Shown here in pieces: positions 11,414 to 23,518 of a stretch of 64,000 bases of DNA; the first letter of the stretch is position 1; the number at the start of each line of letters is the position of its first letter. Source of the stretch: Squalus acanthias (taxonomy: Eukaryota); assembly GCA_030390025.1 (NCBI GenBank), contig JASTWF010000359.1, forward strand, positions 62,001 to 126,000, written 5' to 3'. The position numbers were made by a program, and so were the translations under genes. The notes under the pieces were generated by a model. The model ran no database searches, had not been told where the DNA came from, and saw only the letters and a list, made by a program, of their open reading frames with translations.

Positions 11414-14400
11414 ATATGATAGAATTCTCCATTAGGATGGAGAGTGAAGTAGTTGAATCAGAGACTAGGGTCCTGAATTTAAATAAAGGAAACTACGATG
11501 GTATGAGGCGCGAATTGGGTAGGATAGATTGGGGAATGTCACTCAAGGGGTTGACGGTGGATAGGCAATGGCAAACATTCAAAGACTGCATGGATGAACG
11601 ACAGAATTTGTTCATCCCAGTGTGGCATAAGAATAAAACAAAAAGGGTGACTCAACCATGGCTAACAAGGGAAATTAGGGATAGCATAAGATTCAAGGAG
11701 AGGGCATATAAATTGACCAGAAAAAGCGGTAACCCTGAGGATTGGGAGCAGTTTAGGATTCAACAAAGGAGGACAAAGGGATTAATTAAGAAGGGGAAAA
11801 TAGAATATGAAAGTAAGCTTGCAGGGAACATAAAAACTGACATTCAAGTGGGGGGAGTAAAAAGAAATGTTGTAGTGGTAGGGGATAGTATCATTAGGGG
11901 GATAGATAGGGTTCTTTGCAGCCAAGAGCGAGAGTCCCGAAGGCTGTGTTGCCTGCCCGGTGCCAGGGTTAAGGACATCTCCTCTGGGCTGGAGAGAAAC
12001 TTGGAGTGGGAGGGGGAGGATCCAGTTGTCGTGGTCCATGTTGGTACCAATGACATAGATAGGACAAGGAAAGAGGTTCTGCTGAGGGAGTTTGAGCAGC
12101 TAGGGGCCAAATTAAAAAGCAGAACCTCGAGGGTAATAATCTCTGGATTACTACCTGAGCCACGAGCAAATTTGGCTAGGGTAAATAAAATCAGGGAGTT
12201 GAATGCGTGGCTCAAAGACTGGTGTGGGAAAAATGGGTTTTGCTTCTTGGGACACTGGCACCAGTACTGGGGCAGGAGAGAGCTGTTCCGTTGGGACGGA
12301 CTTCACTTGGCCAGTGCTGGGACTAGTGTCCTGGCGAATCGAATAACTAGGGCTGTGGAGAGGGCTTTAAACTAATTAGTGGCGGGGAGGTTTCAAGAGA
12401 GCAAAAAATAAAAATGACAACAGAGAGGGTCATAGACATAGGTAGCAGTAGGGGAATCACAAATCAGAGCGTGGCAGGAAGGGACAGAGTGTGTGGCGTA
12501 AAAGGTAAAGTGGTAAAAAGTGAAAAAGCAGGAACTAAGTGCCACAAAGCATATTTGAAAGTTCTCTATCTGAATGCACGTAGCATTCGTAACAAAATAG
12601 ACGAGTTAATGGCACAAATAACTACATATGGTTATGATATTGTGGCCATTACAGAAACATGGCTGCAGGGTGACAATGCCTGGGAATTAAACATACCAGG
12701 TTATTTAACGATCAGGAAGGACAGGCAGGAAGGAAGGGGAGGTGGGGTGGCTATGTTAATAAAGGAAGGAATCACTGTAATACAGAGTAATGATATTGGG
12801 TCAAAAAATCATGATAATGAAACAGTTTGGGTGGAGATAAGGAATAATAAGGGGAAAAAAACACTAGTGGGCGTAGTCTATAGGCCTCCGAACAGTTGCA
12901 ACTCTGTTGGACGGAGTATCAATCAGGAAATAGTTGAGGCATGTAATAAGGGAACATCTATAATTATGGGGGATTTTAACTATCATATTAATTGGACAAA
13001 TCAAATGGGGCAGGGCTGCCTTGAGGATGAGTTCATTGAGTGTATTAGGGATGGGTTTCTTGAGCAGTATGTAACTGAACCGACCAGGGGGCAAGCAACC
13101 TTAGATCTGGTCCTGTGTAACGAGACAGGATTAATTAAAAATGTCCTAGTAAAGGATCCCCTTGGAATGAGTGACCATAACATGGTTGAATTCCATATTC
13201 AATTAGAGGGTGAGAAGGTTGGATCTCAAACAAGCGTGCTAAGCTTGAATAAAGGAGACTATGAAGGTATGCGAGCGGAATTGAGTAGAGTGGATTGGGA
13301 AAATAGATTAAAGGGTAAGACGACACATGATCAGTGGTGTACATTCAAGGAGTTATTTTACAACTTCCAAAAAAATATATATTCCACTGAAAAGAAAAGG
13401 GTGTAAAAGAAAGGACAGTCATCCGTGGCTAAGTAAAGAAATTAAGGATAGTATTCGACTAAAAACAAGGGCTTATAAGGTAGCGAAATCTAGTGGGAGG
13501 ACAGAGGATTGGGAAAACTTTAAAAGGCAGCAAAAAATAACAAAAAGATTGATTAAGAAAGGGAAGATAGATTATGAAAGTAAATTAGCAAAAAATATAA
13601 AAACAGATAGTAAGAGTTTTTATAGTTATATAAAAAGAAAAAGGGTGGCTAAAGTAAATGTTGGTCCCTTAGAGGATGAGACCGGGAAATTAATGGTGGG
13701 AAATATGGAGATGGCAAAAACACTGAATGAATATTTTGTATCAGTCTTTACAGTAGAGGACACTAAGAATATCCCAACACTGGACAAACAGGGGGCTATA
13801 GGGGGAGAGGAGCTAAACACGATCAAAATCACTAAGGAAGTGGTACTCTGTAAAATAATGGGACTCAAGGCAGATAAATCACCTGGACCTGATGGCTTAC
13901 ATCCTAGAGTCTTGAAGGAAGTGGCGGTAGGGATTGTAGATGCATTGGTAATAATTTTTCAAAACTCCCTGGATTCCGCTAAGGTCCCGGCAGACTGGAA
14001 AACTGCTAATGTAACACCCTTATTTAAAAAGGGCAGTAGACAGAAGGCTGGTAAATATAGCCTAACATCTGTGGTAGGTAAAATTTTGGAGTCCATTATT
14101 AAGGAAACAGTAACAGGACATTTGGATAATCATAATTTAATAGGACAAAGTCAGCATGGTTTTACGAAGGGGAAGTCATGTTTGACAAATTTGCTGGAGT
14201 TCTTTGAGGAAGTAACATATAGAGTGGATAAAGGGGAACCAGTGGACGTAGTGTATTTAGACTTCCAAAAGGCATTTGACAAGGTGCCACACAAAAGATT
14301 ATTGCTTAAGGTAAAAAATCACGGGATTGGGGGTAATATTCTGGCATGGATAGAGGATTGGCTATCTAACAGAAAGCAAAGAGTTGGGATAAATGGTTCA

Positions 14401-16506
14401 TTCTCAGACTGGCAATCAGTAACTAGTGGTGTTCCACAGGGGTCAGTGCTGGGTCCCCAACTCTTTACAATCTATATTAACGATTTGGAGGAAGGGACCA
14501 AGTGTAACATATCAAAATTTGCAGATGATACAAAGATGGGAGGGAAAGTAGTGAGTGAGGAGGACATAAAAAACCTGCAAGGGGACATAGACAGGCTAAG
14601 TAAGTGGGCAGAGATTTGGCAGATGGAATACAACACTGGAAAGTGTGAGGTGATGCACTTTGGCAGGAAAAATCCTAGAGCAATTTATTATCTTAATGGC
14701 AAGAAACTGGAGAGTACTGAAGTGCAAAGGGATCTGGGGGTCCTGGTGCACGAAACTCAAAAGGTTAGTATGCAGGTGAAGCAAGTGATTAAGAAGGCAA
14801 ATGGAATGTTGGCTTTCATTGCTAGGGGGATAGAATATAAAAATAGGGAGGTATTGCTTCAGTTGTACAAGGTATTGGTGAGACCGCACCTGGAATACTG
14901 CATACAGTTTTGGTGTCCTTGCTTAAGGAAAGACATCCTTGCTCTCGAGGCAGTGCAAAAAAGGTTCACTCGGTTAATCCCAGGGATGAGGGGGTGGTCA
15001 TATGAGGAGAGGTTGTGTAGATTGGGACTCTACTCATTGGAGTTCAGAAGAATGAGAGGCGATCTTATTGAAACATATAAGATTGTGAAGGGGTTGGATC
15101 GGGTGGATGCGGGGAGGATGTTCCCGATGACGGGTGAGACTAGAACTAGGGGACATAGTCTTAGAATAAGGGGCTGCTCTTTCAAAACTGAGATGAGGAG
15201 GAACTACTTCACTCAGAGGGTGGTAGGTCCATGGAATATGCTGCCACAAAAAGCTGTAGAAGCTACATCATTAAATAAATTTAAAACAGAAATAGACAGT
15301 TTCCTAGAAGTAAAGGGCATTAAGGGTTACGGGGAGCGGGCAGGAATTTGGACATGAGTCTAGGTTCGGATCGGTCATGGCCCTGTGGGTAGTGGAGCGG
15401 GCCCAGGGACCGTGTAGCCTGATTCTGCTCCTATTTCGTGTGTGCAATTCTGTTAGATGCAGGAGATGGTTCTGTGATAGATAGTAGATTGGCGGTTAGG
15501 ATCAGATCAGCCATGATCTTATTGAATGGCGGAGCAGGCTCAAGGGGCCGATTGGCCTACTCCTGCTCCTAGTTCTTATGTTCTTATGTTCTTATGTAAG
15601 AGCTTTTATAGATATGTGAAGAGAAAAAGATTAGTGAAATCAAGTGTAGGTCCCTTGCAGTCAGAAGCGGGGGAAGTTATAATGGGGAACAAAGAAATGG
15701 CAGGCCAATTAAATGCATATTTAGGTTCTGTCTTCACAAAGGAGGACACAAATAACCTCCCAGAGATGTTGGAGAACATACGGTCTGATGAAAGGGAGGA
15801 ACTGAAAGAAATCAGTATTTGCAGGGAAATGGTGTTAGGGAAATTGACGGGATTGAAGGCCGATAAATCCCCAGGGCCTGATAATCTACATCCTAGGGTA
15901 CTTAAGGAAGTGGCCCTAGAAATAGTAGATGCACTGCTGCTCATCTTCCAACATTCGATGGAATCTGGAACAGTACCCATGGATTGGAGGGTAGCTAATG
16001 TTACCCCACTATTCAAAAAGGGTGGTAGAGAGAAAGCGGGGAATTACAGACTGGTAAGCCTGACATCGATAGTGGGGAAAATGCTAGAGTCCATTATAAA
16101 GGATGTAATAGCTGAGCACTTGAAAAATAGTGACAGGATCGGACAAAGTCAACATGGATTTACAAAAGGTAAATCGTGCTTGACTTATCTACTGGAATTT
16201 TTTGAGAATGTAACTGGGAAAATAGATAAGGGAGAACCAGTAGATGTGGTGTATTTGGACTTTCAAAATGCTTTCGATAAGGTCCCGCATAAGAGATTAG
16301 CGTGTAAAGTTAAAGCACATGGGATTGGGGGCAAGGTATTGACTTGGATAGAGAACTGGTTGGCGGACAGAAAGCAGAGAGTAGGAATTAATGGGTCTTT
16401 TTCCGAGTGGCAAGCAGTGACTAGTGGGGTACCGCAGGGATCGGTCCTTGGACCCCAGCTATTCACAATATACATTAATGATCTGGATAAGGGAACTAAA
16501 TGTAAA
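11414..16506 (+). mobile_element. Outer CR1 ORF2 fragment (11414-11841 and 15595-16506) interrupted by another CR1
   Basis: ...NIKTD at 11841 joins CKSFYRYVKRKR at 15595, restoring the KTDCKSFYRY seen intact in the 6547-7149 ORF. It is truncated at ~16506 by a Penelope fragment. Confidence 0.9.
11842..15594 (+). mobile_element. Inner CR1, truncated within ORF1, with nearly intact ORF2 and an extended 3' UTR
   Basis: Esterase motifs (VVGDSII, HVGTND, DGLHL) to 12375. ORF2 runs 12414-15357 with one frameshift near the A-run at ~13370 and a small in-frame deletion at the NYRPVSL motif. Ends in a (TTCTTATG)n tail. Confidence 0.95.
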
Positions 16507-17050
16507 ATCATCGAGCAGAAACTGATAGCCAAGTTCTGCACCCATGAGGACGGCCTCAACCGGGATCTTGGGTTCCTGTCACGCTACATGTAACCCCACC
16601 TGACGTAGAGTCATCCAGACTCGAGTCGTCGTTGGCTTGTTCACAGATGTGATTTCCAGTAAAAAAAGTAAATAGTTTAAAGTTTATGGTTTTCCATACA
16701 GACTGCAGCATTTGACACATTAGACCCCCTGTGACCCCACCTCATTGTCTTAGTTGTATCTTGCTATGTCTTTGATATAATGTCTTCCTGACTGACCTGA
16801 TTGTTTCTCTGCCGAGGTGTGATAAAAGGCAGTCAGAAAGATTAACTGTAGTCGTCTGACATTGTACTCTGCATAGACATTGTTCTCTGTCTATATATGC
16901 TGTGCCGATTTGTATTCCTTCACTTCACCTGACGAAGGAGCAGCAGCTCCGAAAGCTTGTGATTTCAAATAAAACTGTTGGACTATAACCTGGTGTTGTG
17001 CGACTTCTCACTTTTGTCCACCCCAGTCCAACACCGGCATCTCCGCATCA
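16507..17050 (+). mobile_element. Penelope-like retroelement 3' end (GIY-YIG endonuclease C-terminus and 3' repeat)
   Basis: IIEQKLIAKFCTHEDGLNRDLGFLSRYM* resembles the C-terminus of vertebrate Penelope endonucleases (E..I....GLN). It carries hammerhead motifs and AATAAA, with homologues at 3667 and 59343. Confidence 0.85.
16925..16962 (+). ncRNA. Minimal type I hammerhead ribozyme motif
   Basis: TCAC-CTGACGA-A-GGAGC(AGCA)GCTCC-GAAA-GC-TT-GTGA: conserved CUGANGA/GAAA core, 5-bp stem II, palindromic AAGCTT stem III and stem I TCAC/GTGA. Confidence 0.85.
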
Positions 17051-17388
17051 TAATTTGGTATCATCAGCAAACTTTAATATCATTCCTCTTGGGCCTGTCC
17101 AAACTATTTCTGTAAATGACAAACAAAAGAGGTCCCTGGGTCACATCCCTACCCACATCGCCCCAATCTTAAAAGCATTCACTGACCCTAGCTCTTTGTT
17201 TCCTGCTCCCTAACCATCAATCTCTCTGTGCGGCTCCATCCCCTTTAATACCATGTGCCTTCATTTTTGTAAATCATGATTTCTGAAAATCCATACACTG
17301 CATCGACCACATGTGCTTTGACTAAACACTCGGTGATTTCCTGAATTTCCCCTGACTAGCCCATGCTTTTCTAAGTGCCTTTTTCTTT

Positions 17389-17978
17389 ATAGGGCTTTGG
17401 TGAGACCACATCTGGAATATTGTGTACAGTTTTGGTCTCCTTACCTAAGGAAAGATATACTTGCCATAGAGGGAGTGCAACGAAGGTTCACCAGACTGGT
17501 TCCTGGGATGGGGGGGGATTGTCCTATGAGGAGAGATTGAGTAGACTAGGCCTATATTCTCTGGAGTTTAGTAGAATGAGAGGTGATCTCATTGAAACAT
17601 ATAAAATTCTTACAGGGCTTGACAGGGTAGATCCAGGGAGGATGTTTCCCCTGGCTGGGGAGTCTAGAACCAGGGGTCACAGTCTCAGAATAAGGGGGCG
17701 GCCATTTAGGACTGAAATGTGGAGAAATTTCTTCTCTCAGAGGGTGGTGAATCTTTGGAATTCTCTACCCCAGAGGGCTGTGGAGGCTCAGTCGTTGAGT
17801 ATATTCAAGGCTGAGATCGGTAGATTTTTGGACTCTGGGGGAATCGAGGGATATGGGGATCGGACGGGAAAGTGGAGTTGAGGTCGAAGATCAGCCATGA
17901 TCTTATTGAATGGCGGAGCAGGCTCGAGGGGCCGAATGGCCGACTCCTGCTTCTAGTTCTTATGTTTTTATGTTCTTA
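17389..17978 (+). mobile_element. CR1 3' fragment
   Basis: [16 protein letters not shown]...RNFFSQRVVNLWNSLP, followed by the 3' hairpin and tail. Confidence 0.95.
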
Positions 17979-18127
17979 GCCTTTCTAATTTTCCCTTTTC
18001 CTTCTCTTTATTTTTGGTATTTCTCCTGCTCTTCATTTGTAACACTAGCCTTCTTTTTCTTAGTATTTAGTGCCAGCTTGGTTTGCTTGGTAGCTATCTT
18101 GCCTTGGAGTCATATTCAGAGTCCATA

Positions 18128-18497
18128 GGCTGGCACTCTAGTGCAGTACTGAGGGAGTGCTGCACTGTCGGAGGTGCTGACTTCCAATGAGACATTAAAC
18201 CGAGGCCCCGTCTGCTCTCTGGTGGACGTAAAAGATGTAACGGCCAGTATTCAAAGAAGAGCAGGGGAATTCTCCCCGGTGTCCTGGTCAGTATTCATCC
18301 CTTAACCACAACAAAGAAAATGAACTGATCATTATCTCATTGCTGGTTGTGGGATCATGCTGTGCATATAATAGTTGCCATATTTGCCTACTTAACAATA
18401 GTGACTGCACTTTGAAGTAATTCATTGTATGTGATGTGCTTTGAAACATTCCTGTGAGATGTGACAAGCTGCTATGTAAATGCAAATCTTTCTTTTA
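18128..18497 (+). mobile_element. 5'-truncated DeuSINE-type SINE
   Basis: Homologous to 23610-23947 (GGTGGACGTAAAAGAT...CCCCGGTGTCCTGG), ending in the TAAATGCAAATCTTTCTTTT tail. Confidence 0.8.
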
Positions 18498-18864
18498 TAT
18501 TTGCCTTAATCTCCTTATTCCTCTGTGGAACTCTGGCCTTTTCCACAGCCCGATTGCTTTTAGGCAGAACCCTCTCCATCTTATATTCAAATGGCGGTAA
18601 CGGCCTCAGAATGAGGTCGGCCTCACCGTCCTGTCAACACTGGTGATGTGGCCGGCGCCATTTTGAAAGGGCCCATGTTGGACACCTTGGAGAGTTAAGG
18701 GCTAATAATTGAACTGCCATCTATCTTAGAGCAACAGGCTTTCTAAGATAAACAGGAAAACAGTGGGATATCTCAGCAAGGAAATAAATGACTGGGACAA
18801 CATCGACATTGAGTGATTAAAGTATAACTTTAGTGGCTAGTGTAATAAACTAGCCACTGGGTCA

Positions 18865-20105
18865 ACTCCAGACCTCATTACAGCCTTGGTCCAAACATGG
18901 ACAAAGGAGCTGAATTCCAGAGGTGAGGTGAGAGTGACTGCTCTAGACATCAAGGCAGCATTTGACCGAGTGTGGCATCAAGGAGCCCTAGTAAAACTGA
19001 AGTCAATGGGAATCAGGGGGAAAACACTCCACTGGCTGGAGTCATACCTAGCACAAAGAAAGATGGTTGTGGTTGTTGGAGGTCAATCATCACAGCCCCA
19101 GGACATCGTTGCAGGAGTTCCTCAGGGCAGTGTCCTAGGCCAAACCATCTTCAGCTGCTTCATCAATGACCTTCCCTCCAACATAAGGTCAGAAATGGGG
19201 ATGTTCGCTGATCATTGCACAGTGTTCAGTGCCATTCGTAACTCCTCAGATAATGAAGCAGTCCATGCCCGCATGCAGCAAGACCTGGACGACATTAGGG
19301 TTTGGGCTGATAAGTGGTAGGTAACATTTGTGCCACACAAGTGCCAGGCAATGACTATCTCCAACAAGTCTAATCACCGCCCCTTGACATTCAATGGCAT
19401 TACCAACGCCAAATCCCCCACCATCAACATCCTGGGGGTCACCATTGACCAGAAACTTAACTGGATCAGCCAGATAAATACTGTGCCTACAGGAGCAGGT
19501 CAGATGCTGTGTATTCTGCAGCTAGTGTCTCACCTCCTGACTCCCCAAAGCCTTTCCACCATCTACAAGGCACAAGTCAGGAGTGTGATGGAATACTCTC
19601 CACTTACCTGGATGAGTGCAGCTCCACCAACACTCAAGAAGCTTGACACCATCCAGGACAAAGCAGCCCGCTTGATTGGCACCCCCATTCACCACCTTAA
19701 ACATTCACTCCCTCCACCACCAGTGCACCGTGGCTGCAGTGTGTACCATCTACAAGATGCACTGCTGCAACTCGCCAAGGCTTCTTCGACAGCACCTCCC
19801 AAACCCGGGACCTCTTCCACCTAGAAGGACAAGGGCAGCAGGCATATGGGAACATCACCACCTCCAAGTTCCCCTCCAAGTCACACACCATCCTGACTTG
19901 GAAATATATCACCGTTCCTTCATCGTCACTGGGTCAAAATCCTGGAACTCCCTCCCTAACAGCACTGTGGGAGTACCTTCACCACACGGACTGCAGCGGT
20001 TCAAGAAGGCGGCTCACCACCACCTTCTCAAGGGCAATTAGGGATGGGCAATAAATGCTGGCCTTGGCAGTGACGCCCACATCCCATAAACGAATAAATA
20101 AAAAA
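18865..20105 (+). mobile_element. 5'-truncated LINE of a second CR1/L2-group family
   Basis: ALDIKAAFDRVWH, GVPQGSVLG and MFADH RT motifs. The 3' end has AATAAA and an A-rich tail. Same family as 37237-38246. Confidence 0.92.
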
Positions 20106-20185
20106 CATAGGCAAAACATAGAAGGGGTGTTTAGGAAGATAAGCTGTTAATAAACTACTCCGCAAAGGATTCGAGAACAGTTAAG

Positions 20186-20338
20186 AACAATAAGAACATA
20201 AGAAATAGGAGCAGGAGTTGGCCATTCGGCCCTTCGAGCCTGCTCCGCCATTCAATGAGATCATGGCTGATCTGATCTTGGCCTCTACTCCACTTTCCTG
20301 CCTGTTCCCCATAACCCTTGACTCCCCTGTAGTTCAAA
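20186..20338 (-). mobile_element. Short CR1 3' end
   Basis: Reverse complement of the CR1 3' UTR and tail, flanked by the direct repeat AGTTAAG (20179-20185, 20339-20345). Confidence 0.9.
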
Positions 20339-21219
20339 AGTTAAGTCAGGAAGTCTTGTTTGAGGGAAGTATCTTTGAGGTAAACAACTAAGACTATTTA
20401 TGTAAATAGATGGTCCTCATAGGATTTGGGAACAGATACGTCATGAGGTCTTATCTGTAACATGTCCCTTTGACGTAGGCAAACTAAGGTGTATAAAGGA
20501 GCATGGTTTTCAACAGTTATTCGGAGAGCTTGGAAGATATAGAAACCGGAAAGCTACTCTCTGTGTACTGTATAGATTGATCACCTGCGCTGTATATGAA
20601 TAAAGTCTGTTCCGTATCCTACACCATCGAGTGTCTCGTGCTTACTCGAAGCCTGTCTTTGTGAAACAAAGAAGGAGGTTGACGAACAGTTGATCCAACA
20701 GCCCACCACCGGCTGTCCAAAACACCCGCCTGTTTCAGGCGATAGGCCTCTTATAGAAATCGGGTCCCATGACATAAATAGGATCCCGATTGCCATTTTA
20801 GGTCGGAACTGATCAGTGATCTAACTTTTGCTCTTCTCCAATCCGACCTGTGTGCCAGACTCTGTTTCCGTTATCTATTCGGACTGTAAAGCTAATGATG
20901 AACTAATCACTGACCCCTAAATATTCCCCTGCGTTCTATCAGGCCTCCAGCAGTGGTTGGATCTCCAGCTGTTGCCAGGTACCTGAGCCTGAGGTAGATT
21001 GGGCCTAGGGAAATGGCTTGAACCTACAAACCCTAACAGGTTCAGGTCAGGGCAGGGGAACACACTTTGGGTGCTCTCTGCCTGATACACCCAGGCTGGG
21101 GAAGGAAATCGGCATCATATCTCCCTACAGTAGTGCTTTTAGCTCCTGATTCGATTCCTAATATTTCACGCATTTGTATCTATTTATTTATTTATTCTTC
21201 AGCCCTCCCCCGTCTGTAA

Positions 21220-21414
<195 letters not shown>

Positions 21415-21739
21415 TGAGTGATATGGCACTGTTTCCATGGAGACCCGCGCATTGACAAACTGCTGCACTGAATCACACAATATTAGCATGTATGCAAAGT
21501 TTCTCACCATTTAAAAAATATTCTGTTTTTCTATTCTTCCTAACAAAGTGAATAACCTCACATTTCCCTACATTATACTCCATATAACAGAGGATTAATG
21601 CCTAGCAGAGCCACTCAGCAGGGATATTGGCAGCTGATAGGACAAGTCCCGCAGGCACAGTCCTACATCGGCGCTGCATTACCAGTCTAGGTGAAAGTCT
21701 CAACTTCTATACCACAGGGTCCTTCCTCTGATCCACAGG

Positions 21740-22100
21740 GCCATCAGCCGTTTGCTGTATATCAGCAAACTGGTGTCACAATGCTGCGCTTTGCAAACAC
21801 CTTGGCATCAAGCAGGACAATCTTTCTGCAAGTATGTACTCCCCGAGGTACAGGGCTTCAGAGACCACGCACCTCAACTACTCGATGACTGTGCAAATAG
21901 CATACAACCACTGGATAATGCATGTTTCCCGGGGATCACTCATGAGCCCTGCATTCCGAGCCATTCAAGCATGGCTCATTAATTGGAATTCTGGGCGATC
22001 TTGGCTTACCATGGCTCATGCCACCCGGGCACCATCCTGGTACCCAGCAAAGCTACAATGACAATGTGGCACATGAGGGAGCCACGAGGAGTAATGGGAC
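21740..22100 (+). pseudogene. Highly decayed Harbinger transposase fragment
   Basis: Scattered motifs LPEVQG..DH, SMTVQIAYNHWIMHV, FPG.TH and GD..WLM occur across frames in the order of the HARBI1-type DDE domain. Confidence 0.5.
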
Positions 22101-22669
22101 AGCAAGCTCAGATTAAAGCACAGACGCGGTGCCTCCTTTGCCCCATGTGAGGAGGCAGGCTGCCTGGAAGCCACTGATTTCTGCATGGGGCAGTCTCCTT
22201 GGTGACTGATCGGTAATTCAAAAGGGAGCTGCAGAAAATCAAGCCAACGAACAACTCTTTAACAGCAGTGGAAGTAGTTCAACAATCTGTCATTTACATT
22301 GTAGGGGGGAATTCAGAACACTTGGTGGAACACTGGTAGAAGTAATGTGAGCAAACACAATCTGGAGCATTGATGAACTGCAAGGCAACTGTGCATGGCT
22401 GTCTTTGGACACGTGTAGATTGTGATTGGGTTTCTGAAGATCGACCTTTCACAATGCAAGCAAAGGTTCAGCAATGGAAAAGCTGGATTCCTGTCTGAAG
22501 ACCATGGTGGCTCGTGCCCTCCAGTGCTGTCATTAGAAGCGAACATAACACCATTACTCCAACTGCACAGGGAAGGAACACACCTTCGGAGGTAAATCTC
22601 CAGCTCACTAGCATCAGCTAGTGTCCCTATCACAATGAGAGATTTTTTTAGGAGACTTGCTGAGACTAT

Positions 22670-23501
22670 GGGGCGCGATCTTGCCAGCCCTGGGGAGGCG
22701 GGTTTGGAGGCGGGACTGCCGGGAAAATGGCAGAATCTGGGGGCGGGTACCCATCCCACCCCCAACCCACCTCCGTGCCATCTTGCCAGGAGTCGGGTAG
22801 CCGTCCCGCGCCGGGTCCCGTCTCCTTGGAGGCGGGAAGGGATTAAAGCCACTTAACTGCCTGTTAACAGGTAGTTAACAGGCAGGTAAGAGGATTATCC
22901 CCATTTTGCCCACACAAGCGCGGGATTCCCGAATGCTCCGAACCCCGCCAGGGTCACCGAGGCAAGTAGTGGGTCTGCGGGGTCCAAAAGTGTGCTGTGG
23001 AGGTGAGTGATGGGTGCAAGTGTGGAGAGGTGAGTATGTGAGGTGAGTGCAAAGTGTTAGAAAAAGTTTACTTACCTTTGTTTCTTCCTGCAGGCTTCAA
23101 TCGGTGGGTATTTGGAGAGTCTCGCACCTCCGCGGTAGAGATGACAGATGGCCGTTGCATTCTCCAATGCAGCAACCATCTAATTTCTGCAAAAGAGGTT
23201 TGATGAGGTCTTGAATTCAAGAACTCATCAAACTACACAGAATGTCAGTGTTTGACAGCTTCACAGAGCTGTCAAACGATGACAATTCATCTGTCAAAAA
23301 TTTTTGACAGATGAAACGTCATATGTTGACGTTCTCTGCAACCGGCTTCCTCTTAATTGACCTGCTAAGCCCACTGGGCGGGCTTAACAAGGTCAATCAA
23401 GGGAAAATAGCGTGGGTTGGCCAGAAGTTGATGGAGGCGGGACTGAAACCCGACAAGTGGGAGTCCCGCCTCCAAACGCTCCCCATTGGCAAAATCACCC
23501 C
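22670..23501. mobile_element. Harbinger-type MITE
   Basis: Imperfect TIRs GGGGCGCGATCTTGCCA / TGGCAAAATCACCCC. Subterminal GGAGGCGGGACT / AGTCCCGCCTCC motifs are shared with the 9479 MITE. Confidence 0.75.
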
Positions 23502-23518
23502 TTTTAGCGTCTGCTAAT

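Larger units (their letters stand above)
18647..20688 (+). mobile_element. Candidate solo LTR interrupted by two LINE insertions
   Basis: TGT...ACA termini with flanks GGTGA/GTTGA (5 bp, one mismatch). TATAAA lies at ~20492 and AATAAA at ~20599, in LTR-like order. Confidence 0.55.
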
